Source: Halomicronema hongdechloris C2206 (GTDB lineage: Bacteria > Cyanobacteriota > Cyanobacteriia > Phormidesmidales > Phormidesmidaceae). From it: DNA of 32,000 nt. The notes beneath the pieces were generated by a model that saw only the letters and a list, made by a program, of their open reading frames with translations, was not told where the DNA came from and searched no databases. Below, one piece after another: positions 17,721 to 27,093 of this stretch (position 1 is the first letter of the stretch; every line of letters begins with the position of its first letter). A program made the position numbers and the translations under genes. Location: assembly GCF_002075285.3 (NCBI RefSeq), contig NZ_CP021983.2:4920001-4952000 (forward strand), read 5' to 3'.

Positions 17721-17963
17721 ATGAGCGTTGACTTAACTACCCCAGCCGCTATCCTGAACCAGTTAAAACGGCGCCAAGCCTATTTGGCAGAGCATTATGG
17801 CGTCACTCGCATTGGAGTGTTCGGCTCAGTCGCTCGTGGTGAAGCAACCAACGAACTCCTGACAGCACAGTCCGAAATTGACTGGGAAAGCGTCATTTTC
17901 ACCCGTGATCTGCCCCGCTTCAAACAGGCGCTCATTCAGCTTCGGCAAGATGTTTTCAATTGA
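17721..17963 (+). pseudogene. Deletion fusion of an MNT-type nucleotidyltransferase antitoxin N-terminus with a HEPN (DUF86) toxin C-terminus
   Basis: ...LAEHYGVTRIGVFGSVARGEATN is the MNT GSxxRGE motif but lacks the following SDxD strand. The ORF continues as ...SEIDWESVIFTRDLPRFKQALIQL, which resembles DUF86 C-termini. Confidence 0.45.
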
Positions 17964-18035
17964 GTCAGGTAAGGTATCCCTGTCACCATCCCAAATGTCA
18001 ATGGACTGATTCGTAATCGCTCTGCCCCCCATAGA

Positions 18036-19025
18036 AATGCTGGCGGTACTCCGGTGATTGCCGTGGCCTTGGGGTCTGCCCCCGAAATCATTGCCGATGG
18101 CAAAACCGGCTATCTCTGCCAGAGCGTCGATGACTGCGTGCAGGCCCTAACCCAAATTGACCGTCTCGATCGTCGCGACTGCCGAGACCATGTTGAAACT
18201 CACTTCAGTGTGCAGCGCATGGTCGATGGCTACGAGGCGGTTTACCGCCAGGTTCTCTCCAAGCGCTTTGCTTGCAATGGGCATCTTCAAGCCCCTGTGA
18301 TTCCCCTCGGCACCACCGTATTTCTCTGCAACAGCGACCGGGCCTCTAAAGCAGCCCAAGAGCTCCTGTGGACAGCCCTGTCCCATTATCACGCAGGGCA
18401 TCAGGCAGCGGGCAGTCCCGACTGGCGCTGCTTGCTGCTGGGGGACCCAACGACACCACGGCATGCCCGTCAGCTGAAGCCCCTGCAGCTCGGTCGTCGC
18501 ATCAGTGTGGTACCGCCATGCCAAGAACACCTTGCCTATGGGGCCGCCGATGTCTGTTGGATTCCTGACCCCTATAAGCCCCTGGGCACCCTAGCCTTGA
18601 AGGCTCTCGATCACGGATTGCCGGTCATCGCTGCCAACACGGGGGCATATCGCTTTACCATTGTGCCGGGGGAGACGGGTTGGCTGGTCCCCCCTGGGGA
18701 TGCCGCCGCCATGGCCCAGGCAAGCATGGCTCTGCTGTCTCGGCCATGGAGACCTGGGCATCGGCGACCGCTGGCCCTTGCGGCTATGGCCGATGGGCAG
18801 TGGCAATGGTATCGCACGGCTGCTTACCTCAGTGACTACTATCGGCAGCATTTGGCTCGTTTGGTCGGCGCGGCTGGTCTAGTGATTCCCCACCAGGTTG
18901 CTCTGCCGGTGCCAGATGCTGTCTGGGCGGATCGGAGGCTGGCTGCAGCCGCAGCGACGATGGCCATAGATCAGCCCCTGGGGGCCGTCGCCTCGGTGTC
19001 GTCTCGTTATGGTTGGTCTGCTTAA
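18036..19025 (+). pseudogene. Glycosyltransferase (GT1/GT4-type) fragments fused in one reading frame, 5-prime truncated
   Basis: Similarity starts abruptly at NAGGTPVIAVALGSAPEIIADGKTGYL (a GT4 C-terminal motif) with a stop 10 codons upstream and no N-terminal domain. After ...YEAVYRQVL the frame runs into a second GT C-terminal half (AADVCWIPDPYKPLGTLALKALDHGLPVIAANTGAYRFTIVPGETGWLVPPGD). Confidence 0.55.
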
Positions 19026-19089
19026 TCACGATGGCGGAATCGGTGGAATTGCTTGAACTCGATGGTCGTACCTTTGCCGCGATTGCATC

Positions 19090-19938
19090 GTGGATGCCCG
19101 GGGGCAGCGAGTCACGGGAGCGATTGCTCTAGCTGAGGTTCAGGCCTATGTCTATGTCGCTAAGCTCCGCCTCGGTGTCATTGCCCGCATGAAAAAGCGG
19201 CTCGATCTGGCGGACCGCTGGCAGGAGCAGGCTCAGGCCCTGAAGGAACGGTTCAATCGAGACTTTTGGCTGCCCGAGCAAGGGTATTTCGCCCTGGCCC
19301 TCAATGGTGAGGGGCAGCCGGTGGACAGCATTACCTCTAACCCCGGCCATTGTCTGGGCACCGGCATCCTGGCCGACGACAAGGTGTGCAGTGTGGCCGA
19401 GCGCCTCCAAGCCCCCGATATGTTTAGCGGCTGGGGCATTCGCACCCTCAGTAGTGCCTCCCCCGCCTACAATCCCATGGGCTATCACATCGGCTCGGTG
19501 TGGCCCCACGATAATGGCATCATTGCCGCCGGGTTGCGATCGCAAGGGTTCGTCGAGCAAGCCCTAGAAATTGCCCAGGGCATCATCGACATGACCGCCC
19601 AACAGCCCTACCACCGTCCCCCCGAGCTATTTTGTGGCTACAAACGCACCCCCGAGAGCAGCCCCGTCCGCTATCCCGTGGCCTGCTCTCCCCAGGCCTG
19701 GGCCACCGGTACCATGTTTCAGCTGCTGCAGCTGATGGTGAACCTGGTCCCCGACGCCCCCAGCAACTGCTTGCGAGTCATCCATCCCCAGTTGCCAGAG
19801 TCGGTCAACTATTTGTCTCTGCACAACCTCACCATTGGCCAGACCCTCTTAGATCTGGAGTTTGAACGCTCCAGTGGCGCCACGGCCTGTCGAGTCGTAC
19901 GCAAGCGGGGCAACCTGCGAGTCGTGATCGAAGCGTAG
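19090..19938 (+). pseudogene. Amylo-alpha-1,6-glucosidase / glycogen debranching enzyme, C-terminal ~280 aa only
   Basis: Contains GWGIRTLSSASPAYNPMGYHIGSVWPHDNGIIAAGL and ELFCGY...ACSPQAWATG, which are GDE_C hallmarks. Family members I recall are more than 600 aa, and here the upstream frame is closed. Confidence 0.7.
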
Positions 19939-19963
19939 TTGAGGCAGACGGTCAACAAATACA

Positions 19964-19981
19964 TCCAGGGATTCACTTCAC
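19964..19981. repeat. Second IS3-type terminal repeat, inverted relative to 16887-16904
   Basis: The reverse complement reads TGAAGTGAATCCCTGGAT, against TGAAGTGAACCCCTGGAT at 16887-16904 (17/18 identical). Confidence 0.7.
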
Positions 19982-20148
19982 CGCCAATAAGGAATAGCAG
20001 GCTCATCTCTGCTCAGAGGATCGATAGTAGCAGAGCAAAGGTTCTAAGGTGCCCTGCGGGCTGACGTGGAGACGCTTTACCTAAATTTACACTAGAATTT
20101 TGGGAACACTGCCACTAGCACTGTAACTGAATCGGATGGCTGGCCTCC

Positions 20149-23100
20149 ATGACACGATTACTCTGGTCTCGCTTAAATCCGAGCCTTGCCGTGCGTGTAG
20201 GCGTTACCCTCGGCGGTATTACCCTCTTGTTGGCCGTGGTCTTGGGGGAAAGAGCAGGGCGCCAGGCCCGCCACCAGATTAAACAGGATATCGGCGAGGA
20301 GCTGACCCAGGTGGCCTTTCAGGTGTCACGGGAACTCGATATCAATATATTTGAGCGGTACAGAGAGATTCAAATCATTGCCGAGTTAGACCGCTTCCAG
20401 AATCCCCAGGCAACCCTCTCCAAGCAGCAGGCACTGCTCGAGCAACTGCAAAGCACCTTTCCCCACTACTCCTGGATTGGGTTTACCACCCCTCAAGGAA
20501 CGGTCGTGGCGAGTACTCAAGGGCTACTCCAGGGCGCAAATGTTGCTCAGCGGCCTTGGTTTCAAGCGGCGCTCTCGGAGCCCTTTGTCGGGGATGTCCA
20601 TGAAGCCGCACTCTTGGCAGAGCTACTGCCTAATCCGCAGGGAACCCATCTACGCTTTGTCGATGTTGCTGCCCCAGTTGTCAACGACCAAGGAGATGTA
20701 CAAGGAGTGATTGGAGCCCATCTGAACTGGCAATGGGCAGAGGAGGTCATAGACGTCCTCATGAAAACTCCACAGGTAGAAGGCAAAGAGGTGTTCATTG
20801 TCAATAGGGATGGGATGGTGCTGTCAGGCCCTCGGGCTTGGCAGGGAAAGTCGTTGGATCTCGACAGCAACCGCCTGGCCTACCTTCGTAAACAAGGATA
20901 TGCCGTCGAAACCTGGCCGAATGACGAGACATACCTGGTGGGGTTTGCCTATAGTCGCGGCTACCAAAGCTATGAGGGCCTCGGGTGGACCATTCTGGTG
21001 CGGGAATCGACGGCGACAGCCTTTGCTCCGGCCCATGACCTTTATCAGCGCATTCTTCTAGGGGGAGTGGTGATCGGCGGAGGATTTGTGTTTCTCAGTT
21101 GGGCAGCCACCGCCTTGATTACTCGGCCCCTCTTACAAGTGGCGGCGATCGCCGACCAAATTCGAGCGGGGAATCGCGACATTACCTTGCCCCACTTTCG
21201 GAGCAACCACGAGATGGCTCGGCTCTCGCGGGCACTGACTCAGCTCATTACCGAGCTATTGGAGCGGGAACGAGATCTATCCAATGCCAATGCCAAGCTC
21301 CAGTCTCAGCTGGCAGCCAACAGGCGCCTTAGCTACTCCTATCGGCGTAGCGAGAAACAGCTGCAGCAAATTGTCGATGGCATCGAGGATGCCCTGCTAT
21401 TACGCGAGATCGGCAGCGGCAAGCTGATTTACGCCAATGCTGGCTTGACCAAGTTGCATCCCCCCTCAGTCCTACGAGATCCAGACTGTCTGGAGGAGTG
21501 GGTACAGCACATTCACCCCGAGGATCGAGACTGGGTGAGTGAGAAGCTCCATGCCGAAGTCCAGCGACAGGCATTCTTCAATGACGAATATCGCATTCTA
21601 GACGCCGATGGCAACGTGCGATGGATTTGGGATCGCTCCTTTCCCATCTGCGACGAAACTGGCCAGGTTTATCGGTATGTGGTGATTAAGCGCGATGTGA
21701 CTGAGCTGAAACGCTCGGCGGAGGTACTGCAGACCCTGATGCAGGGGACGGCTGCGGTCACCGGCAATGCCTTCTTTGAGAAACTGGTGCAGCAGTTGGC
21801 CGAGGCCCTCAGGTTTGATCATGTCTGTATTACAGAGCAGGTAGACACCGGCCTACAGACTCTAGCCCATTACTGCCGGGGACAGATGTGTCCCAGCGTT
21901 ACCTATAATCCCGACAGAACCCCGTGCGCCATTACCCTGGCCCAGGGCAGTTACTACTGCGCAACTCAGGTACAGCAGCAATTCTCGGACAATTCCCATC
22001 TACAGCAGATAGATGCCGACGGCTATGTTGCAGTGGCTTTAGTCAATGCCACCGGGGAATCCCTCGGTACCCTCGCCGGAGTCAGCCAAAGTCCTCTAGA
22101 CAATCGCAGTCAGAGCCTAACAATTCTGCGTATCTTTGCCCATCGAGCCGCCGCCGAGATCGAACGGCAGCGCTCAAACACTGCGCTAGAAGCCAGCGAA
22201 GCTCGCTTTCGCTTACTGGCAGAAAATATCAAAGATCTGGTGTGTCTCCATGATTTAGACGGCAAGATCCTCTACGCCAGCCCCTCTTGTCAATCTGTAC
22301 TTGGCTCTGATCCCAAGGGCTTGATTGGGCAGTCCCCCCTAGACTATTGCCATCCGGAGGATCAAGCTCTGATGTGGTTAGAAATGCTGCAGGCAATTGA
22401 AGCGGGTTACCTTCAGAATCCCATTGTCTATCGAGCTTGGCATCAAGATGGCCACTATATCTGGCTGGAGACCCTGATCAAAGTGGTGGCCTCGTCTACG
22501 GGGGAGCCCACCCATCTACAAACTAGTTCCAGGGACATCACCGATAAGTTTAGAGCCTATCAGCAGCTGGAACATGACGCTACCCACGATAGACTCACAG
22601 GACTCCCTAACCGGACTCTATTACTGGAGCGTCTAGATTTGGCTCTGGAACGAGCTCGGGCTAATGCCGGCGCTCAGTTTGCCGTCCTCTGTATTGACCT
22701 TGATCAATTTAAGGTGATTAACGACAGTTTGGGGCATTTGCTTGGAGACCACCTGTTGCAGCGAACTGCTAGCACCCTAGAGAGTGCAATTCGAGGTGTT
22801 GATTTGGTGGCCCGCTGGGGAGGTGATGAATTTATTGTGCTCCTGGAGGATATCAGCGGTTTGCATGCTGCCATCGGCATGGCGGAGGATATTTTAGAGG
22901 CCTTGAGTATCCCGATATGCCTCGATGACCATGAAGTGGTTGTTGAAGCTAGTATTGGCATCGTCTTGGGACATGCTGACTATGGGCAGGGCTTAGACCT
23001 GCTCAGAGATGCTGATATTGCTATGTATTCTGCCAAGCGCAGTGGTAAGGCCTGCTATGCCATTTTTCAACAGGAAATGTATGCCCAAGCCCTGCGACGT

Positions 23101-23880
23101 CACGAGTTGGGCAATGCCCTGCGTCAGGCCCTGGAACGGCAGGAATTTGTCCTGCGCTATCAGCCGATCATAGCCCTGGATACTGGGAAGCTGGCGGGTT
23201 TTGAAGCCTTGGTACGCTGGCAGCATCCTGAGCGAGGCATGATTTCTCCCGCCGAGTTTATCCCAGTGGCTGAGGAGACGGGGTTGATTGTGCCCTTGGG
23301 CACCTGGGTGCTGCGGGCAGCCTGTGAACAGATGGGGCGCTGGCAGACCCAGTTTCCGGCAGCTAAGGCCCTGAAGATCAGCGTCAACCTCTCGGTGAAA
23401 CAGTTAAAAGATGCTGCCCTGATTCCCCAGGTGAAGCATGTGCTCCAGACGACGGGACTGGCTCAGGGGAGTTTGGCCTTGGAAATTACCGAGAGCATGT
23501 TTATGGAGGATATCGAGGCCATTAATCAGCGTTTGCAAGAGCTTCACGACCTGGCTGTCCAAATTAGTATCGATGATTTTGGCACTGGCTTTTCGTCTCT
23601 AAGCTACCTGCATCTCTTAGCGGTTAATAATCTGAAAATTGATCGGTCCTTCGTCAGCAATCTGTTTGAGAGTGAGCGCAACTTCAATGTGACGGCAACC
23701 ATCATTGAGCTCGCCAACCAGTTGGGCCTAGATGCGATCGCAGAGGGCATCGAAACCGAGGCCCAGTTGCAACAACTCCAGGTTCTGGGCTGTCGCCTAG
23801 GTCAAGGCTACCTATTCGATGGCCCCGTTCCCTCTGAGACCGTCGAGAGTTTAATTGCCCAAGCAAGCCTGGCAGCCTGA
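20149..23880 (+). CDS. Membrane sensor diguanylate cyclase/phosphodiesterase (TM-Cache-like-TM-HAMP-PAS-GAF-PAS-GGDEF-EAL)
   Basis: 1243 aa with two TM segments flanking a ~270-aa periplasmic domain. The GGDEF site is intact (RWGGDEFIVLL) and RxxD-like residues lie upstream. EAL motifs are intact (FEALVRW, DDFGTGFSSLSYL, AEGIETE). Confidence 0.9.
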   Translation: MTRLLWSRLNPSLAVRVGVTLGGITLLLAVVLGERAGRQARHQIKQDIGEELTQVAFQVSRELDINIFERYREIQIIAELDRFQNPQATLSKQQALLEQLQSTFPHYSWIGFTTPQGTVVASTQGLLQGANVAQRPWFQAALSEPFVGDVHEAALLAELLPNPQGTHLRFVDVAAPVVNDQGDVQGVIGAHLNWQWAEEVIDVLMKTPQVEGKEVFIVNRDGMVLSGPRAWQGKSLDLDSNRLAYLRKQGYAVETWPNDETYLVGFAYSRGYQSYEGLGWTILVRESTATAFAPAHDLYQRILLGGVVIGGGFVFLSWAATALITRPLLQVAAIADQIRAGNRDITLPHFRSNHEMARLSRALTQLITELLERERDLSNANAKLQSQLAANRRLSYSYRRSEKQLQQIVDGIEDALLLREIGSGKLIYANAGLTKLHPPSVLRDPDCLEEWVQHIHPEDRDWVSEKLHAEVQRQAFFNDEYRILDADGNVRWIWDRSFPICDETGQVYRYVVIKRDVTELKRSAEVLQTLMQGTAAVTGNAFFEKLVQQLAEALRFDHVCITEQVDTGLQTLAHYCRGQMCPSVTYNPDRTPCAITLAQGSYYCATQVQQQFSDNSHLQQIDADGYVAVALVNATGESLGTLAGVSQSPLDNRSQSLTILRIFAHRAAAEIERQRSNTALEASEARFRLLAENIKDLVCLHDLDGKILYASPSCQSVLGSDPKGLIGQSPLDYCHPEDQALMWLEMLQAIEAGYLQNPIVYRAWHQDGHYIWLETLIKVVASSTGEPTHLQTSSRDITDKFRAYQQLEHDATHDRLTGLPNRTLLLERLDLALERARANAGAQFAVLCIDLDQFKVINDSLGHLLGDHLLQRTASTLESAIRGVDLVARWGGDEFIVLLEDISGLHAAIGMAEDILEALSIPICLDDHEVVVEASIGIVLGHADYGQGLDLLRDADIAMYSAKRSGKACYAIFQQEMYAQALRRHELGNALRQALERQEFVLRYQPIIALDTGKLAGFEALVRWQHPERGMISPAEFIPVAEETGLIVPLGTWVLRAACEQMGRWQTQFPAAKALKISVNLSVKQLKDAALIPQVKHVLQTTGLAQGSLALEITESMFMEDIEAINQRLQELHDLAVQISIDDFGTGFSSLSYLHLLAVNNLKIDRSFVSNLFESERNFNVTATIIELANQLGLDAIAEGIETEAQLQQLQVLGCRLGQGYLFDGPVPSETVESLIAQASLAA

Positions 23881-23919
23881 GGGCAACGTTTCAACTTCTG
23901 CCAGACAAGGTGGTCTTTC

Positions 23920-24150
23920 GTCATTCCGGGCAAGCGTAGCGCGATCTGGAATCCAGGCAGGGACCTTTGCAGTCAGTAGACACCTCCCAGGTATGCTCCT
24001 CGAAAACTGGATTCCCGCCGCCGCGGGAATGACGGGAGTAGTCTCTTGAGGTAGCAGACTCATCGCGAAAAAGACGTCCGTCATTCGGGAGCGTTCTGAT
24101 TTCTTTCTCGGCATGATGCGGTCTCTTGAGTTATGGGGATTCTAGACCGC
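23920..24150. repeat. Cluster of nested palindromic mini-repeats downstream of the GGDEF-EAL gene
   Basis: The cluster contains: 23920-23960 gtcattccgggcaagcgtagcgcgatctggaatccaggcag; 24007-24035 ctggattcccgccgccgcgggaatgacgg (8-bp stem ATTCCCGC / GCGGGAAT); 24080-24092 gtcattcgggagc; and 24117-24149 GCGGTCT...AGACCGC. Confidence 0.7.
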
Positions 24151-24253
24151 TTACACAAAATTCTGATCAGTCTCCCCGCAAGGGGTTTATGGCCATCCGT
24201 GCACCTCACTAGCTGCAAAAATGCTGTAGTCGCTGAACGGATGTCACAGTGTA

Positions 24254-24850
24254 TTAGTTAGAGACCTCGGCCATCTCGATCACCTGGTCATCGTAGTCTT
24301 TGACCAGAAAGTTTAGGGGCTTATCGCGGCGAATCTTGTGCTTGACGCCGTAGGTCTGTACCCGCATCAGCAACTGCTCCAGGCAATCATGGTCGAAGCA
24401 GACGTGGCGTTGGCGTCGTTTGTGGCCCAGGCTAGCCCCGGAGATCACATGGAGCTGGGTATTTTTCTTCAGCTGATACCAGAGGCCATCGGGGTTGCCA
24501 TAGTCTGAGCCAGGATTGCTACCCATATTGCCCATATACATCGGGTCAATTCCCGCCGTGCCCAGGGTCTGCTCATAGTTGTAGTAGTAATGCAGGGGCA
24601 CATCCGCGGCGGGCAATTGCAACATGCCCTCATAGAAGCGGCGGGCCAATTCCAGGTCTGAGACCATGACGGTATGAACCTTGGGGGCACTGGTGAGAAA
24701 CATCCACATGGCCCCGGCATAGGCCACCAAGAGCAGCACCATGATGCCTTGGGTCGACAAGAGACTGTCGATGGGCAGGCCGAGGACGGCACCAAAGGTC
24801 GCTGTCTCGCCGCAGCCAACACTAGAACCAAGGGATAATGCCGTATTCAT
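24254..24850 (-). CDS. Membrane-anchored VOC (glyoxalase/bleomycin-resistance fold) family protein
   Basis: 198 aa with an N-terminal TM helix (IMVLLLVAYAGAMWMF), then VHTVMVSDLELARRFYEGMLQL ... LHVIS ... HVCFD. Confidence 0.55.
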   Translation of the reverse strand: MNTALSLGSSVGCGETATFGAVLGLPIDSLLSTQGIMVLLLVAYAGAMWMFLTSAPKVHTVMVSDLELARRFYEGMLQLPAADVPLHYYYNYEQTLGTAGIDPMYMGNMGSNPGSDYGNPDGLWYQLKKNTQLHVISGASLGHKRRQRHVCFDHDCLEQLLMRVQTYGVKHKIRRDKPLNFLVKDYDDQVIEMAEVSN

Positions 24851-25183
24851 AGGTGAGATACCAAACCACGGAATGACGCTACGTCAGCCTGCTCCTTCTG
24901 GAAATGGTCACAGGACTAAGCTAGTTTCTCTAGTGTATCAACATCACTATCGCCCATTAGCAGGGCATGATTCTAACGCCATCGTTGCTCGTCGTATCTT
25001 GATTTTGTAAAAAATCATGTGAATTTGAGCCAGTATCGGTATATTAGGAGCTAGCTTACCCTCAACTTAAGGTTGCGAGTCTTGTGGATAAATGGTCTAG
25101 GTTATCTCTGGCCCAGCCGTCCCGCTGGAGTATGCTGCTCCTGGGAATGTCCAAGCCGGATGTAACTGCTACCGTGATACCGT

Positions 25184-25981
25184 TTGAGTTTTAGCTGTTC
25201 TGAGCAAGCGATTGCTGTGCGTATCCCTAGTTTTCCTGAATGTGACCACGAGATTGTGCAGTCCCTGTTTCACCTGAGTGATCGGGAACTGGTCAGCCTG
25301 CTCAAGCACCATCCCGATTCGGGACGCTATTTTACGGCCATTTTCTGCCGCTACAGCCCCATCGTCTACAGCCTAATTCGTCACTCGGCTCGCTCTCCGG
25401 TGCAGGCAGACTATTTATTTGCCATTACCTGGCGTCATATTCTCTACGAACTCAGTGGCCTAGATTGGCCGGAAGCGGTGCCTGGTAAGTCCTCGTTTTC
25501 ATTGCAGAGTTGGCTGATCAATATCACAGCCCTGTGCATTAACCAGGTGCCGCTGCCCGATGTGGAGCAGATTCACTATGCCATCGAAGATGCCTCACCG
25601 CCGCTGTGGTGCTACCTAGAACGGGCCCTGGAAAACCTACCACCGATTGAGCGGCTGATGGTGGTGATGGCGCAGACATTTCATTGGAGTGCCACTCGCA
25701 TTGCCGCCTATCTTCAGGCCGAGGGAGAACGGCTGTCGCCGGGGGATGTTAAGAGCCGCCTGCAGGACGCTTATCGCCACTTGGAAGAAGCCTTGCCTAC
25801 CGATATTCGCGCCATCTATTTGGGGGCAGCAGGAACCGATAACGGCTATCAAGAGGGCAATGAGAGTGATGAGAATGATGAGGATGAGAGACTCTTAGAT
25901 CAGGTGTTTGCCCCCAATGAGCCATCGGCAGATAGGTCTTACCTACAGCTGATGTTGCAGGGAAAAAAAGCAGCCCTGTGA
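25184..25981 (+). CDS. Sigma-70 family RNA polymerase sigma factor (ECF-like) with an acidic C-terminal tail
   Basis: Region-4 signature LPPIERLMVVMAQTFHWSATRIAAYLQAEGERLSPGDVKSRLQDAYRHLEEAL, and a region-2-like YFTAIFCRYSPIVYSLI. The start is uncertain (TTG 25184; GTG alternatives downstream). Confidence 0.65.
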   Translation: MSFSCSEQAIAVRIPSFPECDHEIVQSLFHLSDRELVSLLKHHPDSGRYFTAIFCRYSPIVYSLIRHSARSPVQADYLFAITWRHILYELSGLDWPEAVPGKSSFSLQSWLINITALCINQVPLPDVEQIHYAIEDASPPLWCYLERALENLPPIERLMVVMAQTFHWSATRIAAYLQAEGERLSPGDVKSRLQDAYRHLEEALPTDIRAIYLGAAGTDNGYQEGNESDENDEDERLLDQVFAPNEPSADRSYLQLMLQGKKAAL

Positions 25982-26018
25982 TCGGGAAAACACTGGATGC
26001 GGTGGGAGGTAGATAGAG

Positions 26019-27053
26019 ATGGCAACCCCGAAACGATGGCCCTATGGCTGGCTGCTGGTGGTCCTAACTCTGGGATTTGTGGGCCCCTCTGCCCTGGCTA
26101 CCGATCTAGATCAGCAATTGGATATTCGCCCCTTTAACGCTACTGCGGGGCAACCCCGAAATGTGGCGGATCAATGGTTGCGGTTGGGCAGCCAGCAGGC
26201 GACGGCAGGGCGCCCGGCTGAGGCCATTGCTTCCTGGCAGCAGGCCATCGAGATCTACCATGCCCTGGGGGATACGGTGGCCCTAGGGCTGACCTATGAT
26301 TATATCGGCCTCACCTTTGCCAGCCTGGGTCAATACGATCAAGCAGAGTCGGCTCTGCGACGCCGCCTTGCGATCGCACGGGACAATCAGAATCTACAGC
26401 GAGAAATCTTTGGCTGGAATAACCTAGGCAGCCTGCTCCTGCAGCAGGGCAATGTGGCTGCGGCCCAGGCCGCCTTCAGCGAAGCCTCTGTCCTGGCCCG
26501 TAGCGTTAATCACCCGGAAGGCCTGGGTCTGTCCCTCAGTAATCTGGGGTTGGTGGCGGCGATTCAGGGCCAATGGCAAGATGCCCGCAAGTACTACGAA
26601 ACCGCTGCCGGCTACCGCTACACCGCTGCCGACTGGGCCGGCGAAGCCCATACATCGAATGGGCTCGGGGATGTTTATCAGGCCCTAGACCAAGAGTCTG
26701 CTGCCATCGGCGCCTACCGTCTGGCCCTGCGCCTAGCCCGCGACGTCAACGATGTGGCCGTACAACTACGAGCCATCGATGGCTTGCTGCCCATCTACCT
26801 AGATCGCAATGAACTAACGACGGTTCGCCGCCTCATCGATCAGCGCTTGGCCCTCACCCTAGGCGCCAACGATCCCCAGACCGTTGTCAGCCTCATGTAT
26901 GCCGGTGACTACTATCGACGCTCGGGGGATATTGCTGCCGCCCGCACCCTCTACTATCGCGGCATGCAACTGGCGGCGGCCTTAGAGATGAAACTAGAGC
27001 AAGCAGATTTAGCTAACCGCCTAGTTCAACTGGGTGGGCTACCGGTGCTCTAG
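26019..27053 (+). CDS. Secreted tetratricopeptide-repeat protein
   Basis: Signal peptide WLLVVLTLGFVGPSALA. Repeated 34-40-aa units of the type A..A...Y..AL.....GD......L..LG. Confidence 0.8.
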   Translation: MATPKRWPYGWLLVVLTLGFVGPSALATDLDQQLDIRPFNATAGQPRNVADQWLRLGSQQATAGRPAEAIASWQQAIEIYHALGDTVALGLTYDYIGLTFASLGQYDQAESALRRRLAIARDNQNLQREIFGWNNLGSLLLQQGNVAAAQAAFSEASVLARSVNHPEGLGLSLSNLGLVAAIQGQWQDARKYYETAAGYRYTAADWAGEAHTSNGLGDVYQALDQESAAIGAYRLALRLARDVNDVAVQLRAIDGLLPIYLDRNELTTVRRLIDQRLALTLGANDPQTVVSLMYAGDYYRRSGDIAAARTLYYRGMQLAAALEMKLEQADLANRLVQLGGLPVL

Positions 27054-27093
27054 CCGGCCAGATTGGTCTGTCTCTATCTGTATCTATCTGTAT

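Noticed and set aside
23851-24114. 87-aa ORF (..VIPAAAGIQ..WIPDRATLARNDE..) and its plus-strand mirror 23855..24049
   Set aside because: This is a translation artefact of the palindromic mini-repeats. The same peptide-like strings arise wherever these repeats occur.
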